Shown here piece by piece: positions 26,374-36,107 of a DNA stretch of 64,000 nt. The notes beneath the pieces were generated by a model. That model was not told the origin of the DNA. It saw only the letters and a program-made list of their open reading frames with translations, and ran no database searches. Location of the stretch: positions 110,606-174,605 of the forward strand of contig JBGPQV010000001.1 in assembly GCA_041489255.1 (NCBI GenBank), given 5' to 3'. A program made the position numbers and the translations under genes. This DNA is from Thermoplasmata archaeon (GTDB lineage: Archaea; Thermoplasmatota; Thermoplasmata; RBG-16-68-12; JAFNFQ01). Numbering within the stretch: the stretch's first letter is position 1; each line of letters starts with the position of its first letter.

Positions 26374-29115
26374 TTGAAAGACCTGGGTTTGGACAAGAGC
26401 ATTGTCAGGGCTCTCGGCAAGCTCGGCATCAGCGAGTTCACCGAACCCCAGCTCCGCGCGATACCCCTAATCATGCAAGGCAAGAACGTTCTTCTCGTTG
26501 CCCCGACGGGGCTCGGCAAGACCGAGGCCGCGATTCTCCCACTGCTCCACAAGCTCATCACGGAGAAGCCCAAGCCCATCAGCCTACTCTACATCACGCC
26601 CCTGAGATCGCTGAACAGGGACATGCTGCGTCGCATGACCTTCTTCGCCGAGGAATTGCATATACGCGTGGCGGTGAGGCACGGCGACACCTCGCCGCAG
26701 GAGAGAGCCGCCCTCTCCCGCAATCCTCCCGACATCCTCATTACAACGCCGGAAACGTTCCAGATACTATTCACTGGCACGAAGTTGAGGCAGCAGCTGC
26801 GGCAGGTGAGATGGGTCATCGTGGACGAGGTTCACGAGCTTGCCGACGACGAACGGGGAGGACAGCTCGCGATAGGGTTGGAGAGGCTCGCCGCTCTCGC
26901 GGGGAGACGTTTCCAGAGGATAGGGCTGTCTGCGACAGTCGGGACGCCGCAGGAAGCGGCCAGGTTCCTGGCGGGCACGAAAGACGGAATCGAAGTCGTG
27001 CAAGTGGCCGTCGTGAAGGACCTCGCGATAAATGTCGAGTACCCCGAGGTCACTCCGGCTGACGGGAAGCTCACCGACCAGATCCATGTGCAGCCGGGAA
27101 TGGCGGCCGCCATGAGACGATGCATGGAGCTCGTGGACCGCCACAGATCCACTCTATTCTTCGTGAATACCAGGGACACCGCGGAATTCCTCTCTTCCCG
27201 GATGCGGGCAGCCTTTCCAGAGTCGAGCATCGGCGTCCACCACGGCTCTCTCGCCCGCGACGTCAGGATACAGATGGAAGACGAGTTCAAGTCTGAGAAA
27301 CTCAAGACCCTTATCTGCACCTCTTCCCTGGAACTTGGAATTGACGTCGGCAGCGCGGACTTCACCCTTCAGTTCAACTCGCCTCGCCAAGTGACCCGAC
27401 TCGTACAGCGCGTGGGAAGATCGGGGCATGGGGTCGGCAAGACGTCAAAGGGCACGGTCATCGCGACATCGGAGGACGACATCGCGGAGGCAATGGTCAT
27501 TGCAAGGAAGGCGCTCTCCGGGGAACTCGAGCCTCTCAGAGTGAGGCGCAACAACATGAGCGTCCTCGCGAACCAGCTCGTCTCGATGACGATGACTCAG
27601 CCGTCGATGACCCTCGATGAGGCGTTCGAGCTCGTAAGAGGCGCATATCAGTACAGGGACCTCAAGAGAGTCGACTTCGAAGCATTGGCCAACCAGCTGG
27701 CTGAACTGAGAGTCTTGTGGTGCAGGGACGGCAGGATAGGGCGCTCTCGGGGATCGATGACCTACTTCTACGAGAACATCTCGATGATCCCTGACGTGAG
27801 GACGTACCGCGTCACCGACATCCCCTCACGGAACGAGATAGGGACGCTCGATGAGTGGTTCGTCGCGGAGTATGCGAAGGAGGGCAGCACATTCGTCATG
27901 AAAGGGTTGGCATGGCGGTTCGTCGAGTTCAAGGAAGACAGGATACTGGTCGAGCCCGTGAAGGACATCGGGGAGGTGCCCAGCTGGATCGGCGAGGAAA
28001 TCCCCGTGCCCCTCGACGTCGCGATGGAGGTGGGGAGGCTCAGGCGGGAGAGACATCTAGCGGACTACCCCGTGAACGAGGATGGCGGGAGAACCCTGGC
28101 CAAGCACCTCGATGAACAGGGAGAGCTCCCGACCCCCTCGGACAGACTCGTGACAATAGAGTCCTTGAAAGACATGATCGTCGTCAACGCGTGCTTCGGC
28201 ACGAAGGTGAACGAGACTCTAGCCCAGCTGTTCACGGCTTTGTTGTCGGCGAGATTCGGACAGAGCGTCGGCGTCCGAACGGACCCGTATCGCATAATCC
28301 TGCAAGTCCCGAGGGCGGTGCAGCCCGACCTGATCAAGACGATACTGATGCCTGATGACCCGTCCGCCATCGAGCCCCTGCTGCGCGTGGCGCTGAGGAA
28401 CTCGCCCTATCTGCGCTGGTCGTTCGTCCATGTAGCCAAGAAGTTCGGCGCCCTCAGGAGGGACGTTGAATGGGAGGCGGTGAACATCCAGAGGCTGTTG
28501 AAGGTCTTTGACCGCACTCCGCTACTCGAGGAAGTCTTCGCGAAGGTATTCTGGGAGAGGCTCGACATCGAGGCAACTGCGGTGGTGCTCGAGAGAATCA
28601 AGAAGGGAGACATACGAATCGAGTTCTCCAAGCTATCTCCCATAGGCAAGGCCGGTCTCGGTCCTTATATGATGCTCATTGCCCCTGCCAAGGCAGATCA
28701 TGCGACGCTCATGGCGCTGAAGCATAGGCTCGAAGAGTCGTTCATGGTGATGGTCTGTCTGAAATGCAAAAGCAGCTGGAGGACGCGGGTGGGAGGCTTG
28801 AAGGAGAAAGTGCGCTGCCCTCAATGCGATGGCATGATGATTGCGGCTCTCAGGCCATATGAGAGGGAACTTGCCGAGCGCGTCCGCAGGCGGGAGGGGA
28901 AGCTCTCCGAGGGAGAATACAGGAAGCTTCGAACGATAGCCAGTCTGGTCGCGGCCAATGGGAGAAAGGCGGTAATCGCGCTTGCCGCGAGGGGGGTAGG
29001 TCCAGAAACCGCCGCGAGAATATTGAGGGGGCTCCATGACACCGAGGAGGACTTCCTCAGGAGCGTGTTGGCGGCCGAGGTCAATTACGCGAGGACGAAG
29101 CGCTTTTGGGACTAG
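26374..29115 (+). CDS. lhr: Lhr-type large ATP-dependent helicase (DEAD/DEAH box) with C-terminal zinc ribbon
   Basis: Motif I APTGLGKT, DEVH box, and motif VI. C-terminal CLKCKS...CPQCDG. 913 aa. TTG start. Confidence 0.85.
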   Translation: MKDLGLDKSIVRALGKLGISEFTEPQLRAIPLIMQGKNVLLVAPTGLGKTEAAILPLLHKLITEKPKPISLLYITPLRSLNRDMLRRMTFFAEELHIRVAVRHGDTSPQERAALSRNPPDILITTPETFQILFTGTKLRQQLRQVRWVIVDEVHELADDERGGQLAIGLERLAALAGRRFQRIGLSATVGTPQEAARFLAGTKDGIEVVQVAVVKDLAINVEYPEVTPADGKLTDQIHVQPGMAAAMRRCMELVDRHRSTLFFVNTRDTAEFLSSRMRAAFPESSIGVHHGSLARDVRIQMEDEFKSEKLKTLICTSSLELGIDVGSADFTLQFNSPRQVTRLVQRVGRSGHGVGKTSKGTVIATSEDDIAEAMVIARKALSGELEPLRVRRNNMSVLANQLVSMTMTQPSMTLDEAFELVRGAYQYRDLKRVDFEALANQLAELRVLWCRDGRIGRSRGSMTYFYENISMIPDVRTYRVTDIPSRNEIGTLDEWFVAEYAKEGSTFVMKGLAWRFVEFKEDRILVEPVKDIGEVPSWIGEEIPVPLDVAMEVGRLRRERHLADYPVNEDGGRTLAKHLDEQGELPTPSDRLVTIESLKDMIVVNACFGTKVNETLAQLFTALLSARFGQSVGVRTDPYRIILQVPRAVQPDLIKTILMPDDPSAIEPLLRVALRNSPYLRWSFVHVAKKFGALRRDVEWEAVNIQRLLKVFDRTPLLEEVFAKVFWERLDIEATAVVLERIKKGDIRIEFSKLSPIGKAGLGPYMMLIAPAKADHATLMALKHRLEESFMVMVCLKCKSSWRTRVGGLKEKVRCPQCDGMMIAALRPYERELAERVRRREGKLSEGEYRKLRTIASLVAANGRKAVIALAARGVGPETAARILRGLHDTEEDFLRSVLAAEVNYARTKRFWD

Positions 29116-29467
29116 CTTTCGCCTTTCCCAGCCTCCTTACCGCCGACTCGAGCTTTTGGATGGTTCGAGCGAAATCGTCGCGCGCGGCGTTCAGCATATC
29201 TTGGACAGGGCGTAGCGAGTACTCGTAAGCGATCTTCCTCGAACCACGCGGAACCGCCCTTCTTTGCAGGAGACCCCGCCGTACGAGGAGGGACAGGTGT
29301 TTCCGGACGCTCCTCTCGGACATCCGCACGTGCTTCACCAGCTCCTTCACGGGCAGGAACCTGCCAGCCCGAGCGAGGCTCTCCATGATTCTCTCTGCGG
29401 TCCGCGGAAGACTTAGGGCTTCGCTCATGCTCCGGACTATGCGCAGTCTCGGCTTGCTCTTCGGCAC
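29081..29467 (-). CDS. winged-helix transcriptional regulator
   Basis: 128 aa. VKELVKHVRMSERSVRKHLSLLVRRGLL HTH. 3' end overlaps the lhr 3' end (convergent). Confidence 0.5.
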   Translation of the reverse strand: MPKSKPRLRIVRSMSEALSLPRTAERIMESLARAGRFLPVKELVKHVRMSERSVRKHLSLLVRRGLLQRRAVPRGSRKIAYEYSLRPVQDMLNAARDDFARTIQKLESAVRRLGKAKASPKSASSSRN

Positions 29468-29620
29468 GTCAATACGCCCATATATCGACAGATATATGAA
29501 ATTTATTCTTCATAGATGCCCGCATCCTCTCCTGAATCGGGAAAAGGATAAATAGAGTGAATCCAATCGCTTTGTCACTTCAGAGGGCAGGCCCGTCACG
29601 ACTTCGAAAGGGAGCATTCG

Positions 29621-31363
29621 ATGACCGACTACGACCCCAATGGCGCGAAGATCGTCCTCACCTCGCCGCGAAGCGAAATCAGCAGGTTCAGCGGCGACCC
29701 GTTCTCGGCTTTCATGGCCGTCTTCCCTGAGAAGGTAATACCACGCTTCATCCTCAGACCCAAGTGGTTCAAGCCGGAGAACAACCCAGACGGCTCCGCG
29801 AAGTTCGTGCCATATGGCCTCAGGAAGGTCGAATCACTTCTGCTGAAGGAATTCCCCCGGGAAGACATCGTGTGCTGCCATCCGGACAATCTGGATAGGT
29901 TCGTAGGTCCGAATACGAAGATAGTCGGGATATCTAGCATGGACCCGATGGGGCTGGCCTATGTCTCGGTCACCTACAACTCCATGATTGCTGTGCCGGG
30001 GGATTCGTTCGATGCCGATCAATTCAAGGATTTGATCAACCACAGGGTGCTCAAGAAGTTCGACCCATTCATCGTTCTCGGCGGGCCAGGAGCGTGGCAG
30101 GTGCGCCATGCGAGAAAGGTCGAGGAATATGGCATCGACCTCATGATGCACGGGGAAGTCGAACTGAATGTGGCGGACACGTTCAAGAGAATCTTGGCGG
30201 GAGAGAAGATGCCGTCGGAAATTCTCGGCAGCAAAGTGCCGATTGGCAACATCTCCACCATACAGTCCGCGGCGAGCCACGGCGTCGTCGAGATCACGCG
30301 GGGGTGCGGCCGCGGATGCCAGTTCTGCTCGCCGACCAACCGCAGGCGACACTCGTTGCCACTCGACCACATAATGAAGGAGGTGGAAGTGAACGTCAAG
30401 GGAGGCAGCGACTCGATCTTCATCGCGACTGAGGACATGTTTCTCTACGAGTGCGGACCGAAGTTCGAGCCGAACGAGACCGCACTCGAGAAGTTGTTCA
30501 GGTCAATCGCTGACTATCCAGGTGTCAACTTCATCCATCTCTCTCACATCGCCATAGCGCCGGTCGTCTACAACCCCAAGATGGTGGAGACGATTTCACC
30601 GATTCTCATGGAGAAGACCAGATACACACCCGAGTTCAGACCGAACTACCCGAGGCCGTTCATCACGGCCCTCTTCGGAATCGAGTCGGGCAGCGTCCGC
30701 ATCATGAAAAAGTACATGCGGGGCAAAATCTGGCCCTTTGACATCGAGAAGTACCATGAGGTCGTCGTCCAGGGCACGGGCATACTGAACGACAACGGCT
30801 GGCGGCCAATGGCCACGCTCATGACCGGCTGGCCGGACGAGACACCGGCAGATACCGTTCAGACGCTTGAGCTGCTGGACAAGCTCAAGGGCCACGAGAT
30901 GTTCCTTGTCCCGCTCCTCTTCACCCCGCTCGAGGACACCAAGCTCAGGGACGAGCACATCATGTCCCTCGAGAAGCTGACGGACGCGCAGTGGGACGTT
31001 TTCGGCTCGGCTTGGAAGTTCAACATCGACGTCTGGGATCCGAATAGCCAGCCGTTCTTCTCCTTCGCAGCGCTCTTCGCCTACTTCGCCTACTTCAGAT
31101 GGAAACATGGACCGAAGGTCTGGAAGACCATCGCCAGGATCGCGGGCGTGCCGAGCAAGTTCCCTCTGCTGGGACCGGGGAGCTGCGACCCAAGGCTCTG
31201 TGTGGAGAACCCGAGCGTGGCGGGTGAAAATGTGGATGCTGTACCTTATGTACCTCAGACACACCTGGGAGAACTCAAAGCCAATCAACTGCAGCAGACA
31301 AGGACTGGTTTCGACGGGAATTCCCGCCAGCCGCAGGGCTCCCTCAGACGGTCTCGAACTTGA
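29621..31363 (+). CDS. radical SAM enzyme with ~220-aa N-terminal extension
   Basis: CGRGCQFC (CX3CX2C) cluster motif at ~aa 228-235. 580 aa. Confidence 0.8.
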   Translation: MTDYDPNGAKIVLTSPRSEISRFSGDPFSAFMAVFPEKVIPRFILRPKWFKPENNPDGSAKFVPYGLRKVESLLLKEFPREDIVCCHPDNLDRFVGPNTKIVGISSMDPMGLAYVSVTYNSMIAVPGDSFDADQFKDLINHRVLKKFDPFIVLGGPGAWQVRHARKVEEYGIDLMMHGEVELNVADTFKRILAGEKMPSEILGSKVPIGNISTIQSAASHGVVEITRGCGRGCQFCSPTNRRRHSLPLDHIMKEVEVNVKGGSDSIFIATEDMFLYECGPKFEPNETALEKLFRSIADYPGVNFIHLSHIAIAPVVYNPKMVETISPILMEKTRYTPEFRPNYPRPFITALFGIESGSVRIMKKYMRGKIWPFDIEKYHEVVVQGTGILNDNGWRPMATLMTGWPDETPADTVQTLELLDKLKGHEMFLVPLLFTPLEDTKLRDEHIMSLEKLTDAQWDVFGSAWKFNIDVWDPNSQPFFSFAALFAYFAYFRWKHGPKVWKTIARIAGVPSKFPLLGPGSCDPRLCVENPSVAGENVDAVPYVPQTHLGELKANQLQQTRTGFDGNSRQPQGSLRRSRT

Positions 31364-31568
31364 ACAGGACTTTCATGCCTTTCAAGGTCGCTTGGACCAA
31401 GTCGGCGAGATCCAGAGTTTCTGAGGGGTCAACGGCTTTCTTGGGCCAGGAGTAGACGAAATCATAGTTCCCTGTCATCGGCTTGAAACCGATCCCCTGA
31501 AGCAGGGAGGAGACCTCGGATGGCCTGCCGCCCTCCGTGGTGAAAGTGATGGTGAGATACGTTTTCAT
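31344..31568 (-). CDS. small hypothetical protein (74 aa)
   Basis: Protein-like composition. Convergent 20-nt overlap with the radical SAM gene. No family recognised. Confidence 0.35.
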   Translation of the reverse strand: MKTYLTITFTTEGGRPSEVSSLLQGIGFKPMTGNYDFVYSWPKKAVDPSETLDLADLVQATLKGMKVLFKFETV

Positions 31569-31757
31569 GGACGGGCAATGGCAACCTTCGGGGCGGAGAT
31601 AAATGTTGTGCCGGGCACGAGGTTGTCAAGAAATTAGGGATATCTGGCTGCGGAGCGGACCTGTCGTGTCTTGTCTTCTCCATAAGCCAGGTGCCGTTAG
31701 CTTTCTTTCCCGGGCATTTCATCCCTAAGAATTCGATAACGCCGCCGGGCACCCGTG

Positions 31758-34280
31758 TCAGGTAGATCCGCGCCTGACCAACCTCTTGAACGCGGCCTCG
31801 TAGCGCAGGAAGTTATCCGACGTCACGAAGCCATTCACGATATCGGCCGGCATGTTCGCTATGAATTTGTCCACGACGGTGAGGGCGTCTCTCGCGCTCT
31901 CGACCTGCTCCTCGTAGTCCTTCAGCTTCCTCTCTAATTCCTTCATCCGGTCGTCGAACGGGATGACCTCTTCCGGGTCCTTGCCAGTTGTCCTCGGTTT
32001 CCCCTTCGCCAGCTCCTCCTCGCTGGCCCTAATCCCAGCCTGGATCTGCGTTATCTCCTTGTGAGACTTCTCCAATAGGGCTTCCCTGTTCCTGAGATCC
32101 TTCTCCAACTCAGCGAGTCTCCGGCTCTCCTCCTCAAAATCGCGGACCTGCTTTGTGGTTGCCGCCATCTCTGCGTGGCGGGAGTCGAGCTCCTTTTCCC
32201 GGTTCACAAGCCGACCCTCCTTTTGCAGGAACTCCGATTCTCTGGAGGCCAGCTGCCTGGCTTTCTCCTCCAGTTCGTTCGTCTTGGCGTCCATCTCCGT
32301 CCTCAGCGCCTCTATGGAAGCCACGGCCTCGCCCATGCGCTTTTCGCGTTCCGCCATCGCGTCCTCTGCGGCCTTCACTCTCTCGTTCAGCGACGCCTCC
32401 TTCCTCTCCATCTCCCTCTTCACGGCTTCCATCGATCGGTCCTCACCCGCAGCTGACCGCCTGAGATCCTCGGACTTCTTTGCCTCCTCCGCCTGTGTCC
32501 GCTGCAGGTCCAGCACGCGGGCTTCCACGAGCCGTGCCTCCGCGAGCCGCTTCTCCAATTCCTCGCCCAGCCTCTTCGCCATCTCCCTCTCGGCATCGAC
32601 CGCCTCGCGCTCGCGCCTGATTGATGCGCGCACCGCGTCCACTTGGGCCATGTTCATCTTGAACGTCTCTTTCGCCTGGTCCGCCTCGCGTTCCTTGACG
32701 GCCAGATCCTGCTCCTTCTTCCTCATTCTCTCTTCCTTCGCGCCAATCTCCGCCTCAATGCCTTTGACCGCCGCGGCCTTCTGCTCGGTCTCGCGTAAGC
32801 GCGCAGCGAGGCTGTTTTCCTGCTGCCGCGTCGAATCCTGCCTGACTTTCAAATCGGCGTCCATCGCCTCGATCGGGGCTGTCCTCTTGTCCAGCTCGCG
32901 GTCCCTGGCGGTGAGCTCCTGTTCCATGCGCGTGATGCTCTCCTCCCTCGCCGCGAACTTCGACTCCATCGCAGCGGTCATTGCCGACCTGTCACCGACT
33001 TCCTTCTCTCTCTTGACCAGCTCTTGTTCCTTCTGCTTCAGGACATTTTCTTTCGCGGCGAGTTTTGCCTGGGTGACCTCGATTGGCGCGGCTTTTCGTT
33101 CTATCTCCTTCTCCCTCGCGAGCAGCTCCTCTTCTTTCCTCTTCGCCGTGGCTTCATTCTCCAGGAGCCCTTTCAATGTCCTGTCGATGGTCGCGACCTT
33201 CTCGCCCACTTCTCGCTCGCGGACCCTCTCCTCGCTCAAAGTCCTCTCTCTGTCCGCGCGGATCTGGTCCATCTGGAGGCGCAACGACTCCTGCACGGAC
33301 ATCAGAGATGCGGCATGCTGGCCCACATCCGCCAGCTTCTTCGAGGCCTCCTCTATCGCCGCGATGTTGCCCTCCCTCTGCTGTATGTCAGCGATCTCGG
33401 CCCTTATCCTCTCCTCCTGCTCCTTCATTTGGGCCTCGAGGGACCTGAGGGCTTCCTCCCTCCTCTCAATCTCCGCCTTGCTTGCCGCCATCTCCGCTTC
33501 CTTTCCGGCCATCTGCGCAATCTGCTCTTCGAGTTTCTTCCTCGAATCATCGAGCGCGAATCGCTCCTTGCCGAGATCCAACAGCTTCTCTTCGAAATCG
33601 CGCACGCGAGCGTCCATGTCCTCCATGAGAACTGCAATCTCGCGCGTGTTGACCAATACCTCTCGGGCGATCTCGTATTCTGACTCCAAGCTCGACGGGC
33701 GCTTTTCGGGCATAGCGGGTATCTCCTCCGACTTGGGGGCTTCTTCCACCGCCTCTTCGGCTGGTTCTTCAACAACTGGTATTTGGATTCGGGTCACCGG
33801 CTGCGGGGCTTCGGGCGGCGGTGGTTCCTCCGGCCCGAGGCGATCCGGCGGTGGGGTGGGTTCTTCAATCACCGCAGGTTCGTCCATGATTGGCTGCACG
33901 ATTTCAGCGGACTCTGCCGCCATCATCGGCGGGGGCGGCGTCGGCATGTATTGCACTGATTCCGCTGGCGGTACCGGAATCTGCGGTTCGACCGGTTTCC
34001 TCCTTGAGGGGAATGGACTCAGCCAAACGTATTCCACCCCATCCCCGCCCTGCGCCTCGACGAATCGGATGAGTCTACCCTTCATTTCGTCGACGTCGCC
34101 GGAGTCGTCGATGTGGTAGGCCTTGCACAGATTCTTGAGAGGGCGCTCCTGCGTGTAGGACATGATCGCCCTGGCGGGGAGCAGCTGCACATGCAAGGTC
34201 CGCTCGACGACAATCGCCGAGGCGATGAGCACAGCCGCCAGGATGATGAATGCATTCAGTCCCAACACGTCAACTGACAA
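31758..34280 (-). CDS. membrane-anchored 840-aa coiled-coil protein with Rho_N/SAP-like motif
   Basis: N-terminal TM FIILAAVLIASAIVV. Motif LKNLCKAYHIDDSGDVDEMKGRLIRFV. Pro-rich linker. ~550 aa of E/K/R/A coiled coil. Globular C-terminus. Confidence 0.7.
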   Translation of the reverse strand: MSVDVLGLNAFIILAAVLIASAIVVERTLHVQLLPARAIMSYTQERPLKNLCKAYHIDDSGDVDEMKGRLIRFVEAQGGDGVEYVWLSPFPSRRKPVEPQIPVPPAESVQYMPTPPPPMMAAESAEIVQPIMDEPAVIEEPTPPPDRLGPEEPPPPEAPQPVTRIQIPVVEEPAEEAVEEAPKSEEIPAMPEKRPSSLESEYEIAREVLVNTREIAVLMEDMDARVRDFEEKLLDLGKERFALDDSRKKLEEQIAQMAGKEAEMAASKAEIERREEALRSLEAQMKEQEERIRAEIADIQQREGNIAAIEEASKKLADVGQHAASLMSVQESLRLQMDQIRADRERTLSEERVREREVGEKVATIDRTLKGLLENEATAKRKEEELLAREKEIERKAAPIEVTQAKLAAKENVLKQKEQELVKREKEVGDRSAMTAAMESKFAAREESITRMEQELTARDRELDKRTAPIEAMDADLKVRQDSTRQQENSLAARLRETEQKAAAVKGIEAEIGAKEERMRKKEQDLAVKEREADQAKETFKMNMAQVDAVRASIRREREAVDAEREMAKRLGEELEKRLAEARLVEARVLDLQRTQAEEAKKSEDLRRSAAGEDRSMEAVKREMERKEASLNERVKAAEDAMAEREKRMGEAVASIEALRTEMDAKTNELEEKARQLASRESEFLQKEGRLVNREKELDSRHAEMAATTKQVRDFEEESRRLAELEKDLRNREALLEKSHKEITQIQAGIRASEEELAKGKPRTTGKDPEEVIPFDDRMKELERKLKDYEEQVESARDALTVVDKFIANMPADIVNGFVTSDNFLRYEAAFKRLVRRGST

Positions 34281-34546
34281 GCCTGAAGGTACAGGAACGC
34301 AGATGACGAACAGGATTATGAGTCCGATAAGGACTACTTGCCAGTACTTCAGCCCTGACGTTGATTCTCCCCCTCAACCCGAGGGGTTGTTTTATGAGTC
34401 TCAGGCTACTTAAAAGCTTCCGTGGAAACGATGCCTCGATGGCGGGCGAGAGTAATCAAAGGCGGGGATGTTCGCGCGCGGCAGTCTGCAATCCCCTTCA
34501 TCTCCAAAATGATTAATAGCGGGTCGCGTTTGATGGCAGGAAGCCC

Positions 34547-34822
34547 ATGGAACTCAAGCTCTTGAGCGAAGAAAAGAATACCGCCAAGATAGAGGTGACC
34601 GACTCCGACGACACAGCCATCAACCTCCTGGTCAGCGAGCTGCTGAAGTCTTCGGACGTCGCCGAGGCAGGCTATTACATCGGCCACCCTCACCTCGACA
34701 AGCCGCTGCTCACGGTGAAGACGAAGAGGTCGAAACCCCAAGCCGCCATCAAGAAGGCTGCAGAGGGGCTCGCGGAACAGTACCGCGATTTGAGGATGCT
34801 CCTTGAGAAGGAGCTGAAGTAG
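34547..34822 (+). CDS. rpoL: DNA-directed RNA polymerase subunit L (Rpb11 homolog)
   Basis: 91 aa. ...AINLLVSELLKSSDVAEAGYYIGHPHLDKPLLTVKTK pattern of RpoL. Confidence 0.7.
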   Translation: MELKLLSEEKNTAKIEVTDSDDTAINLLVSELLKSSDVAEAGYYIGHPHLDKPLLTVKTKRSKPQAAIKKAAEGLAEQYRDLRMLLEKELK

Positions 34823-34826
34823 TGTT

Positions 34827-36107
34827 ATGGAGAGAGACGTAGGCATAGAGGTCTACCTGACCACCACCCGGGGGTTTGGCGGCAGGATAAAAGTCAATCC
34901 TGAGGATTTCGTCGTCAGCGAGATTCCAATTCTACCGCCGCGCGAGGAGGGCGGGAGATACACGGCAGCTTGGATCAGGACCAGGAACTGGGAGACCAAC
35001 CGCCTGGTCAGGATGATGTCGAGAGAACTGCGGATCTCCCGCAAGCGGATCAGTTTCGCGGGGACGAAAGACAAGCGGGCCCTCACCTCTCAGCTTTTCC
35101 AGTTCGACGCTCCAATCGATCTCGTTGGCGGCTTGAGAATCAAGGACGTCGAGTTGCTGGATTTCTACCAGACATCGAAGAAGGTCGAGATTGGCGACCT
35201 CCGGGGCAACCGCTTCGACATCATCATCCGGGATATCCGACTGTCGGGAGAGGAGACGGCTAAGCTCGCGACCGCCACCGCCGCGGAGCTTGCGGCGGCG
35301 GGAGGCTTCCCCAACTTCTTCGGCGTGCAGAGGTTCGGATCTATCAGGCCGATAACGCACATCGTCGGGAGGCATATCGTCAGAGGGGGATTCAAGGCGG
35401 CGGTGGACGCCTATGTCGCAAACCCGATCGAGGGCGAGGACGAGCAGGCATTCGAAGTCAGGACCGCGCTCGAGCAGAGCGGGGATTATGGCGAGGCCCT
35501 GAAGACGTATCCCGATGTGATGAGCTTCGAGAAGGCCATCCTGAACCATCTCGTCAAGCATCCGGATGATCATATAGGTGCGCTGGAGCAGCTCCCCTTC
35601 AACCTGCTGATGATGTTCGTCCACGGCTACCAGTCCTACCTGTTCAATCGCATTCTCAGCGAGAGGATCAAACGCAGAATGCCGCTGAGCATGCCGACTG
35701 TGGGCGACGTGGTCATGGCGGTGGGCAAAGACGGTCTGCCTGATGATCGACATTTCGTCCCAGTGACGGGGGATAATATTGAGAAGGTAGGTAGGCAGAC
35801 ATCAAGCGGCAAAGCGTTCGTCACAGGAGTATTATTCGGGTCGGAATCCACCCTCGCCGCCGGTGAAATGGGGGAGATCGAGAAGGGAGTCGTCGAATCA
35901 GAGGGACTGAGACCGCACGACTTCACGCTGCCGGCAATGCCACGGCTCTCTTCCAAGGGCACGAGGCGACCCCTCGCGATGCCCCTGCCGAGGATGGACG
36001 TGAAACCTTCAGACGGATCGGTCGAAACGAAGTTCGAGCTCTCGAAGGGCTGCTACGCGACGATTCTCCTGAGGGAGTTCATGAAGGTCGACCCACTCAA
36101 GGGCTAG
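34827..36107 (+). CDS. truD: tRNA pseudouridine synthase TruD/Pus7 family
   Basis: 426 aa. N-terminal GIEVYLTTTRGFGGRIKVNPEDFVVSEI and catalytic GTKDKRA. Confidence 0.85.
   Translation: MERDVGIEVYLTTTRGFGGRIKVNPEDFVVSEIPILPPREEGGRYTAAWIRTRNWETNRLVRMMSRELRISRKRISFAGTKDKRALTSQLFQFDAPIDLVGGLRIKDVELLDFYQTSKKVEIGDLRGNRFDIIIRDIRLSGEETAKLATATAAELAAAGGFPNFFGVQRFGSIRPITHIVGRHIVRGGFKAAVDAYVANPIEGEDEQAFEVRTALEQSGDYGEALKTYPDVMSFEKAILNHLVKHPDDHIGALEQLPFNLLMMFVHGYQSYLFNRILSERIKRRMPLSMPTVGDVVMAVGKDGLPDDRHFVPVTGDNIEKVGRQTSSGKAFVTGVLFGSESTLAAGEMGEIEKGVVESEGLRPHDFTLPAMPRLSSKGTRRPLAMPLPRMDVKPSDGSVETKFELSKGCYATILLREFMKVDPLKG

Noticed and set aside
32155-34119. 654-aa + strand ORF
   Set aside because: Ser/Ala/Arg-rich antisense shadow of the 840-aa coiled-coil gene. 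No start context.
34932-35753. 273-aa minus-strand ORF inside truD
   Set aside because: Antisense shadow frame.
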